Positions 1 through 14,010 of a DNA stretch of 64,000 nt are shown here, one piece after another (the stretch's first letter is position 1; each line of letters begins with the position of its first letter). Source of the DNA: Octopus sinensis (lineage: Eukaryota); NCBI RefSeq assembly GCF_006345805.1, contig NC_042998.1, positions 186,682,001 to 186,746,000 of the forward strand, written 5' to 3'. The notes under the pieces were generated by a model. It did no database searches and was not told the origin of the DNA. It worked only from the letters and a program-made list of their open reading frames with translations. The translations under genes were made by a program, and so were the position numbers.

Positions 1-196
1 TTGAACTTAGAACGTAACGGCAGACGAAATACCTATTTCTTTATTACCCACAAGGGGCTAAACACAGAAGGGACAAACAAGGACAGACAAACTGATTAAC
101 TCGATTATATCGACCCCAGTGCGTAACTGGTACTTATTTAATCGACCCCGAAAGGATGAAAGGCAAAGTCGACCTCGGCGGAATTTGAACTCAGAA
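1..196 (-). mobile_element. SINE family A (GGCGGCGAGCTGGCAGAA... head, Nin-like central domain), tandem/dimeric copy cut by window edge
   Basis: Reverse complement matches the ~235-bp repeat seen more than 10 times in the window (GAGGTCGACTTTGCCTTTCATCCTTTCGGGGTCGAT...GTAAAGAAATAGGTATTT). The tail runs directly into the internal GGTATTTCGTCTGCC of a second copy. Confidence 0.85.
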
Positions 197-571
197 CCAG
201 AACAAATACCACTAAGGTAGTTTTCATACGCTCTAATTATCCTGTTAGTTTCCTGTCTTCAGTGTTAGCTAATATTGATATGATTTTTTTTTGTTTTAAT
301 TATCCAAGCTGTTGCTCCGTCACCATAACTGCAGTGACGTCTATCATAACCTGATACTGAAATAGTTTACATTTTTTCTCCTTTTCATAATAATAACAGA
401 GTCGTACATGTCAAAACAGGTTGTCATCGATTTACCTGTTTGGCATTCCCCTTGACATTATTTCTTAGAACACAAAAGTTAACAGCTTCGTATTGACGGC
501 GATGACGACGGTATTCAAGTATAAATCTATTCAGAGGAAAAAAACACAGATAAAAATTTAAAAAATATTCT

Positions 572-1055
572 TTTATTTCTTTTACTTGTTTCAATCATTA
601 GGCTGTGGCCATGCTGGGGCACTGCCTTGAAGAATTTTAGCTGACCGAATCGACTCCAGCACTTATTTTTAAAGTCTGGTATTTACTTCATCGGTCTGTT
701 TTGTCGAACCGCCAGACTTTGAGGGGCATAAACAAACCAGCACCGACTCTCAAGTGGTGGTCATGGTGGTGGTAGTGGTGGAGGACAACCTTATACACAC
801 ACATACACGTACATACATACATGCATAATACATAAATACATACATACATACATACAAACATACATACATACATGCATAATACATACATACATACATACAT
901 ACATGCATGCATGCATGCATACATACATACATACATACATACATACATACATACATGCATGCATGCATGCATGCATACATACATACATACATACATACAT
1001 ACATGCATGCATGCATGCATGCATGCATACATACATACATACATACATACATACA

Positions 1056-1086
<31 letters not shown>

Positions 1087-1275
1087 TCAAACACACACAC
1101 ACAGATATGTATGCGACGGGCTTCTTTCAATTTCCGTCTACTAAATCCACTCACAAGGCTTTGGTCGGCCCGAAGCCCTAGTAGAAGACATTTGTCCAAG
1201 GTACCACGCAGTGAGACTGAACCCGGAACCACGTTGTGGGCAAGCAAACCTCTTACCACACAGCCATGCCTGTGT
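572..1275 (-). mobile_element. SINE family B (tRNA-like head, CORE-like CCTTGGGCAAGTGTCTT domain) with expanded internal (ATAC/ATGC)n tract
   Basis: Head at 1105-1275 and 3' body at 572-760 match other family B copies. About 300 bp of tetranucleotide repeat (790-1085) sits where other copies have a short (TA)n(CA)n. Confidence 0.8.
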
Positions 1276-2003
1276 CTCTAAGGCAATATTTTTCCAAGTA
1301 AAGAAACAGCAGTCGTTGTTTGATCCCAGATCTCCCCTGTGGGCGGACAATCGAAGATATTCCAATAATAAGCAGCCCATCTTAGTTATGATTATATCAT
1401 GTAATATGTACTTCTGTTTTTGAAAGAGATTTGGCTACTATTTCTAGCAGGTCGAGTGACCTCGTAGATGCTCCGGTGTTGATTTGGACAACAGTTGCGT
1501 GAGCTGAATGGTTTGCACCTCTTATTCAAAATGTTGTCATCCTTTTCCGAAAACAATCTATTAAAAAAAAAAATTATTTACAATAGCCGACGAAAAATGA
1601 GAAAAGCCTGAGTAAGATAAATGGATAATTTTTGGCGCAAAGGGATGTACAAGTTAATTATATCGACCCTAGTACTATATTTTTATCGATCTTGGAAGGA
1701 GGAAAGACACATTTGACCTCGGTAGAATTTGAACTCAGAACGTAAAGAGCTAGAAGAAATGCTGCTATGCATTTGTCCGGTGCACTAACAATTCTACCAG
1801 CTCAAAAATTTCTTTTATTTGCCAAAAACACAAGTCCAATGGTCTTGAATGGCGAAGACGAGGGCGCAACGTAGTAACAAAACCCTAATTCAGTTTTTGA
1901 CTGGTAGGGACGGTTGCGAACTATTCGGCTCCGAGCAGATGTGTCCACCTCGGTGGCCCAAAACGCTATGCTCTGCAAAAGGCCTGTAATAGCAATTGAA
2001 ATA

Positions 2004-2213
2004 TATATTTCTTTGCTACCCACAAGGGGCTAAACACAGAGGGGGCAAACAAGGGCAGACAAACGGATTAAGTCGATTACATCGACCCTAGTGCGTAACT
2101 TGTACTTAATTTATCGACCCCGAAAGGATGAAAGGCAAAGTCGACCTCGGCGGAATTTGAACTCAGAACGTAACGGCAGGCGAAATACGGTTACGCATTT
2201 CGACCGGCGTGCT
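2004..2213 (-). mobile_element. SINE family A, 5'-truncated
   Basis: Matches family A and is flanked by the 17-bp direct repeat TAATAGCAATTGAAATA (1987-2003, 2214-2230). Confidence 0.9.
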
Positions 2214-2239
2214 TAATAGCAATTGAAATAGCTATTACA

Positions 2240-2490
2240 GGTGTTGAGTAATTGCACGAGGTACAAATAGTCCGGTCTGGATGGTCTGTCTTACGAACAG
2301 TACGAATACATAGCAGAGTTGTTTGGTGACCTCTCTTGGTAAGATATATACTGCAGATGGCAGCAGAATGGGAGAAATTCCAGTGTTGTGAACTGAAGTG
2401 TTGTATCGCTGCTGAGAAAGGAGCTGTTAAGAGGAAGGTTGAACATAACTTTCGATTAATGATTCTTCTGAACTATTGTGGACAGTTTGT
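2240..2490 (+). pseudogene. Degenerate non-LTR retrotransposon RT N-terminal fragment (L1/Tx1-like)
   Basis: Manual translation gives SGLDGLSYEQYEYIAELFGDLSW*DIYCRWQQNGR...VVSLLRKE and then NFRLMILLN. This resembles the KSPGxDG...VxLLxK...NFRPITLLN motifs of L1/Tx1 RT; it contains stops and frameshifts. Confidence 0.65.
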
Positions 2491-2596
2491 ATGTCATCCT
2501 ACTTATTTTACTAATCTGTGTTTATCCTAATAAATAGATAAAGAAATATAATAAAACAAAATACGTAAACAAATTACACCTTAGTTTTCTCATTTA

Positions 2597-3020
2597 TGAT
2601 CTTTTCGGTTTGAACGGCATTTTTTTCTAGTGGTTTCATATGAAATTGTCACCCATAATTATGACCTTAGTATCGATCTATTGCATTTCAATCTGTTTTA
2701 GGGTTAGGGTTAGGGTTAGGGGTGGGAGGAAGGGTATCTTTTTTTCTTCAGAAATGTAAATAAACCCAATCTGTTTCTTAAACGAGGGGCATATTCATAC
2801 GGCACAGAATGTTTTCACCTCAATGGACGTCATTGATTGGTTGAAATTGCAGAAATTAAAGAAAAAACAACAACAAATAACTTACAAACCATAGAATTTT
2901 CTCAATAAAGCCAAGAGAAAAAGATATTTTATAAACACATTCTACCAGTATACGAAGTTTAAAAGTGTTTAGTTACGTGGAAATTATTTTTAAAAACTGC
3001 CGTTCAAACCGAAAAGATCC
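2597..3020 (+). mobile_element. MITE with ~29-bp TIRs (GGATCTTTTCGGTTTGAACGGCAGTTTTT) and internal (TTAGGG)n
   Basis: TIR pair present, 8-bp TSD CTCATTTA (2589-2596, 3021-3028), TTAGGG x3 near 2700. Confidence 0.9.
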
Positions 3021-3668
3021 CTCATTTAACTTGAAAATATGTTTTCACTTTTTATTTCTATTTCATTTCATTTTTATTGTAAACATTCATACGGCACAGA
3101 ATGTTTTCACCTCAATGGACGTCATTGATTGGTTGAAATTGCAGAAATTAAAGAAAAAACAACAACAAATAACTTACAAACCATAGAATTTTCTCAATAA
3201 AGCCAAGAGAAAAAGATATTTTATAAACACATTCTACCAGTATACGAAGTTTAAAAGTGTTTAGTTACGTGGAAATTATTTTTAAAAACTGCCGTTCAAA
3301 CCGAAAAGATCCCTCATTTAACTTAAAAATATGTTTTCACTTTTTATTTCTATTTCATTTCATTTTTATTGTAAACATTCATACGGCACAGAATGTTTTC
3401 ACCTCAATAGACGTCATTGATAGGTTGAAATTGCAGAAATTAAAGAAAAAAACAACAAATATCTTACAAACTATAGAATTTACTCAATAAAGCCAAGAGA
3501 AAAAGATGTTTTATAAACACATTCTACCAGTATACGAAGTTTAAAAGTGTTTAGTTACGTGGAAATTATTTTTAAAAAACTGCCGTTCAAACCGAAAAGT
3601 TCCCTCATTTAACTTGAAAATATGTTTTCACTTTTTATTTCTATTTCATTTCATTTTTATTGTAAACA
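2793..3668. repeat. Three tandem ~292-bp units (MITE 3' half plus flanking DNA)
   Basis: ATTCATACGGCACAG recurs at 2793, 3085 and 3377. Each unit includes the right TIR, the TSD and ~65 bp of flank. Confidence 0.9.
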
Positions 3669-4256
3669 GCTTTAAACGGCAACCATAAGCACAAACATGT
3701 TTACAATATCAGTTATATTTTATCTATCAACCACAAAGTGGAGCAAACCATATCGGTAGTCACATAGCAATCATTTTGTGTGAATATGTTTCTTATCATA
3801 ACAAGGGGCGGCAATTCCTAACGCTATATGTTTCCTGGACTCTGATAGTGATAATGTCATTTAAAAGCTTCCGGCTATTTCCGACGCTATGCCAAGCATC
3901 TTTGTAACGATAACAATTCTATTACACCCTTTTCGCCGATGTCACTCCTTGTCCAAGTAGAACAGAAACTACTCAGCCAGTCTCGAGTTTTATTTGAATT
4001 TTAATAGAAAATTATATAGGCTTTAGAAAGGGACTAAGTGTTTCTAATTCTAATTTTGAGTTTGATTTTTAATTTCTCCCATTCCTAATAGTATTTAGAT
4101 AAGTATAAAAACGAAGTGAATATCATAGGTTCTTAATTCGAAAAATTACATAGTTTTCGAACTTATATTTTGCATAGGAATTATTGCGTGGAATGATCAA
4201 GAGCAGAAACCTAACTATATCAAATTTTCACTTTTTTTGTTTTGAGTTTAAATACC

Positions 4257-4492
4257 TATTTCTATTTCTTTATTACCCACAAGGGGCTAAACATAGAGGG
4301 GACAAACAAGGACAGACATAGGTATTAAGTCGATTACATCGACCCCAGTACGTAACTGGTACTTAATTTATCGACCCCGAAAGGATGAAAGGTAAAGTCG
4401 ACCTCGGTGGAATTTGAACTCAGAACGTAACGGCAGACGAAATACAGCTACGCATTTCGCCCGGCGTGCTAACGTTTCTGCCAGCTCGCCGC
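4257..4492 (-). mobile_element. SINE family A, full length
   Basis: Full family A match with TSD TTTTGAGTTTAAA(T/A)ACC at 4240-4256 and near 4494-4510. Confidence 0.9.
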
Positions 4493-4810
4493 TTTTTGAG
4501 TTTAAAAACCGTTAGGGATCATCACACACATGCACTGATGCACAGACAGACACACGCACACATATACACACACACACACAGACGTATGTATTTTTATTAT
4601 TGAAGCTGCAAAAGCATCACAGAAGCTGTTACACAAAGTTTCACTTTCCCGTTCGTCAGACAGTTTTGGCTGAGAATGGAACAAAAAAGGTTATATGTAT
4701 AGATATACAATTACGATAGATACACATTTGAAATTGGTTTTGTTTCATTGGTCCTTTCAACAAACGGTCTTTTTAATAACGGGTTATATGAAATTAAAAT
4801 ACAGTCTGGT

Positions 4811-4990
4811 GTATGTATGTATGTATGTATGTATGTATGTATGTATGTATGTATGCATGCATGCATGTATGTATGTGTGTATGTATGTATGTATGTATGT
4901 ATGTATGTACGTACATATGTATGTACGTATGTACGTATGTATGTATGTATGTATGTAGTATGTATGTATGTATGTACGTATGTATGTATG

Positions 4991-5022
<32 letters not shown>

Positions 5023-5132
5023 TGTATGTATGTACGTACGTATATATGTATTATGTATGTATGTATGTATGTATGTATGTATGTATGTATGTATGTGTAT
5101 GTATGTATGTATGTATGTATGTATGTATGTAT
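4811..5132. repeat. (TATG)n tetranucleotide microsatellite
   Basis: Direct inspection; it accounts for the MYVC/IHTY ORFs. Confidence 0.95.
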
Positions 5133-6355
5133 ACACATACTCACAAAGAGGATATTTTTTCGTAATGTTCGTACTTTCTTACGTGAAAAAAAAAACTTTT
5201 GAAAAATCGAATAAGTTTTAAAAGTAGAAGGAATAGGGAGTAAATTGAAATTTTAATATGCTCCAGTTTTTCTTTTTTCTTTTGCGAAATGGAATCTCCG
5301 TTGTCGAAAACATGAGAACCCAGTAAAGTTTTGAAGATTAAAAACGTAAAAAGGTTAGGTACATAAAGAACAGGTTCGCTTTAAAATGTACTTTCATAAT
5401 GTTTAACCCAACATTTGTCCAGAAATATAAAAAAAGAGATGTTTTGTAATTTTTAAAAATCAAGCTAAAAGCATTACTTTTGGCATAAATTATTAAATAC
5501 GATTTATATTGATTAAAATTGCATAAAAGGCTTCCATTTTCTATCAACACCATTTCTTTCTTCCTCCACAAGATTAATTATTTAACAAGCATGTATACAT
5601 GCATTCAAAATGCAATTTTGTTGGGTATAAATTTTTTTACCATATTTAGACATTAATCTCAAAATGTCAGCGGCGCTATCAATTTGTTCTGCTGAGTCCA
5701 AAGTTTAAAAAATACAAACGCACAAATAAGCAAACAATCAAAATTGCGACTACATTCAGACAATTTCACATCTAAATTCCAAATACAAAACAAAAACAAA
5801 TGAATTGATAATACCACAGTATAAATATATAAAAAAAACTGGCTTCAACTTACTACGAACACTAAGTCATTATTTGAACGGATGTTAGACTCGATTGGTA
5901 TCTTTAAATCAAAATTATTTAATTTCTTACGCAATATCAAATATGCCCACATGGCTTGCGCAGCAAAACCATGTTCTTTAACTATTTATACTTCCATGTT
6001 CTTCGTTACAGACAGAAAAAGCGACAATTAAATAAGTTTACCAGCGAATCCATTAGTAACTCAAACGAGATATACCTCTTGATACGTTCTTCTTTAACTA
6101 CATCGTTGACTGTCACCGACTTACTGAAAGTTTGTTTGATGGATAGTTAAAAACTTTACAAGAAATCTCTGATGTTAACCGAGAGGAGGTCATTAATCTT
6201 AAGTAGATGACTGAAATTACTGAACATAATTCTATTATCCATGTAGCTGTGGTCTTATTTACAAATATTTATAAATGAATGTTAGCTTCAAATTTTGGCA
6301 CAGGAACAACAATTTTTCGAGCCTAGTGCTCCACTGGTACTTATGTTATCGACTT

Positions 6356-6676
6356 TGTTTTGTTGTTGTTTGTTCCTTCTCGAGCCATGCCTGGCTCAAA
6401 AGGGCCGGTTTCACGGTTTCTTGGCGTATAGGTTCCCCGCCTAGACGGAACGCCGGTCCGTCGCAGGTGAGCTGCATGATGGAGGAGTAAAGAGTGAGAG
6501 AAAGTTGTGGCGAAAGAATCAGCAGAAGTTTTGCCATTACCTTCTGCCGGAGTCGCGTGGAGCTTAGGTGTTTCGCTCATAAACACACACACATCGCCCG
6601 GTCTGAGATTCGAACCCGCGATCCCTCGACCGCGAGTCCGCTGCTCTAACCACTAGGCCATGTGCCTCCACACATT
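6356..6676 (-). mobile_element. tRNA(Arg)-like SINE (family C) inserted in an older family A-like SINE
   Basis: Minus strand reads GGAGGCACATGGCCTAGTGGTTAGAGCAGCGGACTCGCGGTC...GGTTCGAATC (A and B boxes, TCG anticodon-like loop) with a (CAA)-rich tail. TSD TTATCGACTT at 6346-6355 and 6677-6686. Confidence 0.85.
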
Positions 6677-7119
6677 TTATCGACTTGGAAAAGACGAAAG
6701 GCAAAGTCGACCTCGACGGAATTTGAACTCAGAACATAAAGACGGATGAAATGTCGTTTAGTATTTCATCCGGCGTGCAAACGATTCTGTCAGCCCACTG
6801 GCTTACCAGTTTTATAAATACAGACTGAAATGAGTAGAGACGTCACTGATGCCAAGCTGTATCGATCTTCGCCCTACCTTTGGTCAGTATCGATGGCGTA
6901 GAGAGGGAAGAATGATATGCATGGGCGACTGCTGGTCTTTCGCAAAACAACCTCACCCGGACTTGTAACTCGGAGAACTTTCTAGGTACAATCTCATGGT
7001 CATTCGAGTCCGAGGTGGGTTTCTACCCTTTATATATGAACACACACATTTGATACATCTATCTATCGACTTTCTCTTTCTTTCTTTCTTTCTTCTTTCT
7101 TCTTTCCTTCCTTTCTTTC

Positions 7120-7201
<82 letters not shown>

Positions 7202-7328
7202 CTTTCAGTCACAGTAATAGATACATACCGGATATTGATAGAAGTTCACACACAAACACGTACACACTTATTTAGCACATTGCATAGCTGGCGTATTTTT
7301 GTCTGTAATTTTATCCGAATTAGCTTAC

Positions 7329-7358
7329 AGTCAGGTTTCCTTCAAACTGCTGGTTCTT
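7329..7358 (-). other. Candidate 30-nt micro-exon (KNQQFEGNLT in phase 0)
   Basis: Pyrimidine-rich acceptor ...CCTTTTACTTCTTGATATATCAG, donor GTAAGC, and only phase 0 is open. No partner exon identified. Confidence 0.25.
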
Positions 7359-8085
7359 CTGATATATCAAGAAGTAAAAGGAGTTTCTCAAGAAGATTGA
7401 TTTGGCTGATTAATAACATTTATAGACATTCATAGCATATGTTGTTACCAGCTCACCTTAAAATGAGCGAGATGTCGATACTAAATTTTCTTTATAGTAA
7501 GCACAGATTGTTTACCTGATACACGTTCAATTTTATCATATTACAAAGATAATCGATTTGGCCGTGACCTATACGATTATGACTACACACACACACACAT
7601 GCATAGGTCCTTTGGTCCTTTCGTTCACTGTATCATAGTTCTGTTTGTTGTAAACTTATGCTCTGTTTGAAGTACAGGAAACGTATAATTGTTTCCAGAT
7701 TGGAAAAATTATACTTAGATGCTTAACATTAATTTTTTTTCTTTTAGCTAATACGTAAATTATCCAAGAGTTTATAGCCATAATATCTATAGGAACTTTT
7801 GATTTGGAGTAAGCTTGAGCTTAAATAAGTGAAATTAAAGCAATTGACATTTATTAGCGTTTAGTTCGAACTATTAGAAATCATTGGTTGGAGAGAAAAT
7901 CTAGTAAGATAGAACATCTGAGTGAATTGCAATTGAAAGATGTTTACAGTAAGATATTGGTGGAAGACGAATGAACTATGAGTAGAAGGTGTATAAGCGT
8001 ATCAAATTCAGAGGAACATAAGCCATTATTTTATTGAGAGTGAACACAGAAGGATGGATAAAAAGGAATGATTAGTCTGCGGTTG

Positions 8086-8597
8086 GGTGTGTGGAGGCGC
8101 GTGGCTTAGTGGTTAGGGGTTACGATGTCAGCATCATGATCGTAAGATTGTGGTTTCGATTCCTGGACCGGGCGACGCGTTGTGTTCTTGAGCAAAACAC
8201 TTCATTTCACGTTGCTCCAGTCCACTCAGCTGGCAAAAAAAATGAGTAACGTTGCGATGGACTGGTGTCCCGTCCAGCTGGGGAACACATACGCCATAGA
8301 AACCGGGAAACCGGGCCCATGAGCCTGGCTAGGCTCTTAAAAGGGCGCAAAGTGGGAGGCGCATGGCTTAGTGGTTAGGGTGTCAGCACCATGATCCTAA
8401 GATAGTGGTTTTGATTCCTGGACCGGGCGATGTGTTGTGTTCTTGAGCAAAACACTTCATTTCACGTTGCTCTAGTCCACTCATCTGGCAAAAATGAGTA
8501 ACGTTGCGATGGACTGGAGTCCCGTTTAGCTGGGGAACACATACGCCATAGAAACCGGGCCCATGAGCCTGGTTAGGCTTTAAAAGGGCGCATTTAT
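8086..8597 (+). mobile_element. Head-to-tail dimer of family C tRNA-SINE within one TSD
   Basis: Two ~250-bp monomers, each with a GGAGGCGC(G/A)TGGCTTAGTGGTTAGGG head. The 14-bp repeat TTAGTCTGCGGTTG at 8072-8085 and 8598-8611 flanks the pair. Confidence 0.85.
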
Positions 8598-8799
8598 TTA
8601 GTCTGCGGTTGTAGATTTTTGCAAGTGTAACTTTGTCCATTAGGTAAATTGCTTTATGTGCGACTGAACCATTTTAGTTAGATAAGAACAACAGTAATTT
8701 AGTGAAAAGTATACTTCATGTCTGAACTGGATTAGACGATATATAGGACTGAAATAAGGGGTGTCTGGTTCTGAACGAATCATAGTCAAAATAAAGCAA

Positions 8800-10395
<1,596 letters not shown>

Positions 10396-12098
10396 TTCTA
10401 TAGCTATAGAAATGTTTTTAATCTAGGTACACAAGTAAAGGATTGTAGGGAAGGTAGAGTTAATCGATTACATCGACTCCAATACCTAACTGATACTTTA
10501 TTTCATCGACTTCAAGAGAATGAATGATAAAATATTGTACATGAAAATAATGATAATGTGATATGATGATAACGAACAAATGGAGAAGGGCTTTTACATC
10601 CCCGTGGCCAGTACATGATGCTAGTTGAGAGTTTTATTAGTGGACGAAACATCTGATTTGCGTAAGGTTTCCTCTTTATTTCTATAAAAAAAACAATCGT
10701 TAATTTGCATTTTGTTCTTCAATTCCAAAACCAACTCCGAAGCACTAAAAAGCAAATGGTACGTGAAAAATATCTGAACTCTTTGAACAAATATTGCCAA
10801 AACGTTCCTTTTTAACTCTCAAACAGATTCTACAAAATGAAAGCTAAGAGAACATTCTTTCTATGAGAACAGATTACTGTAAATTGGCGTCTGTTATTCA
10901 ACTAGTCACGTACAGCTGAGGACATTAAAGAATTCAGAAAAACGATAACTACTGCCAACTAGAAATTCTTCTAAGCAGCAAAAATGTCTAACCAAGAGAT
11001 TTATGTTTGTTTTTGTTGATTTTTCAGATTTTCAATTTGATAATAACTAGCAATCATGAAGATTGTTGAAAGATTGCTGTCATGTTATACGTTATGTTGC
11101 TCACTAAGAAGTATCCGTGATAATTAATTCACGGATATTTCTGATAATAAAATTTGATAATGAACTCACGTGTACTATACCTTCGTTGATAAAATATTTT
11201 AGAAGATTATTAATTAATTGGAGATATGTATCAGACACGATCCCCGAAGCACTAGAGCCCGTTTCTCTCTCTCCCTTTTTTTTTTAAAGAAAAGAAAAGT
11301 TTTATTTGACATTGGTTTTTAGTTGTTCTAATAAAAATATCCGTAAGAGATACGATTTTACTTCATTGAAATACAAGATGAGTTTTCTGTCTTCAGTTAT
11401 AAAAATATTCTTTTCTCCCTGGATATTAGTATCAATGCAAAAAAAAAATGCTTAGCTAAACAGAGATATTGTTATACTAATGGGAGGGTCATGAAACCAA
11501 TTAAAACATACGTATTGAGTGTATTTCACTTAAGATTTATTATCTTTTAATTAGATAATTAGGTAATTAATAATGATTTTAAATTTTGGCACAGGGAAGG
11601 AGGGAGAGGGAAGTCGATTACATCGAACCAATATTTGATTGGCACTTATTTTATCGATCCCAAAAGATGAAAAGCAAAATCGACCTCGGCTGAATTTGAA
11701 CTCAGAACGAACAGATAGACGAAATGCTGCTGACGATTCTGTCAGCTCGCCGCCTTAATGAGGTAATAAATAGTAAAATAAATTGACTCCAGGTAGCATA
11801 GAGGAGGTGTGTGAGGAGAATATAGTTATCGAATCAATAAATTAAGAATCAATAAATTAATTTACCTATTAACTAATTATCTAATTTGCTGCTAATAAAA
11901 CCCAAGTGAAATAAAACCAGTGCGTGTATTTCAGTTGACACTATGACCTTCCCCCAAAATACAACAGTATCTGTTGTTCAACACAATTTCCCACCAAGAA
12001 TCTCGCAAAACAAATACAAAAACAAAACATTATACGGATAGTGCGTAACAGAATCGTTAGAACGGCAGACAAAACCATTAACGGCATTTAGTTACGAC

Positions 12099-12326
12099 TA
12101 GCTGGCAGAACCGTTAGCACGCCGGGCGAAATGCCTAGCGGTATTTCGTCTGCCGTTACGTTCTGAGTTCAAATTCCACCGAGGTCGACTTTGCCTTTCA
12201 TCCTTTCGGGATCGATAAATTAAGTACCAGTTGCACATTGGGGTCGATGTAATCGACTTAATCCGTTTGTCTGTCCTTGTTTGTCCCCTCTGTGTTTGGC
12301 CCCTTGTGGGTAGTAAAGAAATAGGT
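12099..12326 (+). mobile_element. SINE family A nested in an older SINE
   Basis: Family A match with TSD ATTTAGTTACGAC (12086-12098, 12327-12339). Confidence 0.85.
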
Positions 12327-12908
12327 ATTTAGTTACGACCTTTTGGCGATATACGACACTGAGTTTGAATTCCTCCAAAATAAAACTTTAGTTATCAATT
12401 TTCTGGTGTATATAAATTGAGTACAAGCGAAGCACTAGGATCGAGTCAATCATCTCTATGCTTCAATAAAAAAAATCCCTATTTCATGCTAAATCCTGAA
12501 ATCGCTATCAGTAGCAGTGCAGGCACGTTGCCATGGAAATTTCTTTTATATTTTTGTTTTATAGTATTGGCTAAAATTAATGATGGATGGACTTGATATT
12601 GCTGGACCCTTGATTTGACGTTATCCTGGGTGTCAAATATCAAGACATCAATATTTTATGAACATTTTAAGCAGCGAACTGGCTGTATCGTTAACACATC
12701 GGCCAAAAATAAAAATAAAGTGGCATCTTTACGTTCAAAGTTCAAATTCTGCCTAGGTCGACTTTACGTTTCAGGATTCGATAAAATAAGTACCAGTTGA
12801 ACAGTGGGGGTAATGTAATCAACTTACCCCACCACTGAACTTGCTGTCCGTGTTCTAGAATTTGAAACCGATATTTTATAACCTCCTATTGACTCGAAGA
12901 CAGAAATG

Positions 12909-13324
12909 GGATCTTTTCGGTTTGACCGGCAGTTTTTTTTAATAATTTCTAGGTAGCTAAACACTTTTAAACTTCGTATGCTGGTAGAATGTGTTTATAA
13001 AACATCTTTTTCTCTTGGCTTTATTGAGAAAATTCTATAGTTTGTAAGATATTTGTTGTTTTTTTTTCTTCAATTTCAATCAATCACTGACGTCTTTTGA
13101 GGTAAAAAATATTCTGTGCCGCATGAATATGTCCCTCGTTTAAGAAACAGATTGGGTTTATTTACATTTGTGAAGAAAAAAAGATACCCTTCCCTCCACC
13201 CCTAACCCTAACCCTAACCCTAACCCTAAAACAGATTGAAATGCAATAGATCGATACTAGGGTCATAATTATGGGTGACAATTTCATATGACACCGCTAA
13301 AAAAAACCGCCGTTCAAACCGAAA
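12909..13324 (-). mobile_element. TTAGGG-bearing MITE, reverse orientation, one TIR truncated
   Basis: GGATCTTTTCGG terminus, internal (CCCTAA)4, and body matching the 2597-3020 element. Confidence 0.85.
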
Positions 13325-13595
13325 TTTTTATGTCAAATTTTTTATAGAAATTACTAAAATATAAAATATGATCAGTAGTTATATCACACAAACAGAAAAC
13401 GTTCATCCTGACTAAAACTAATTGAGCGATCGTTTGTATTTTTGCTTCACACGAAGTTGAACTTTGTGGCTAAGTAGAATATAAAAGCATCAAAGCGATT
13501 TTATTATATGTTATTTATCTAAGGTATATTAAAAATTTCTTTTATGTCCATTATTATTTTGACAATTATCTGCTGGTGGTATTAAGGTATTATAA

Positions 13596-14010
13596 GGCGG
13601 CGAGCTGAAAGAAACGTTAGCACGCCGGGTGAAATGCTTAGCGGTATTTCGTCTGCCGTTACGTTCTGAGTTCAAATTCCGCCGAGGTCGACTTTGCCTT
13701 TCATCATTTCGGGGTCGATAAATTAAGTACCAGTTACGCACTGGAGTCGATGTAATCGGCTTAATCCGTTTGTCTGTTCTTGTTTGTCCTCTCTGTGTTT
13801 AGCCCCTTGTGGGTAGTAAAGAAATAGGTATTTCGTCTGCCGTTGCGTTCTGAGTTCAAATTCCGCCGAGGTCGACTTTGCCTTTCATCCTTTCGAGGTC
13901 GTTAAATTAAGTACCAGTTGCGCACTGGGGTCGATGTAATCGACTTAATCCGTTTGTCTGTCCTTGTTTGTCCCCTCTGTGTTTAGCCTCTTGTGGGTAG
14001 TAAAGAAATA
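13596..14010 (+). mobile_element. SINE family A dimer (full copy plus 5'-truncated copy joined at GGTATTT)
   Basis: Junction AAATAGGTATTTCGTCTGCC at 13822-13840; outer repeat GGTATTAAGGT at 13578-13588 and 14011-14021. Confidence 0.85.

Noticed and set aside
688-1281. MYVC/IHTY-type ORFs here and at 4695-5221, 17308-17660, 50537-53523 and 55274-55806
   Set aside because: These are translations of (ATAC)n/(TATG)n microsatellites, whose frames lack stops by construction.
6590-6672. tRNA gene calls from SINE heads (also 8090, 28640, 47938)
   Set aside because: The tRNA-like A and B boxes continue into SINE bodies with tails and TSDs, and they lack proper acceptor stems.
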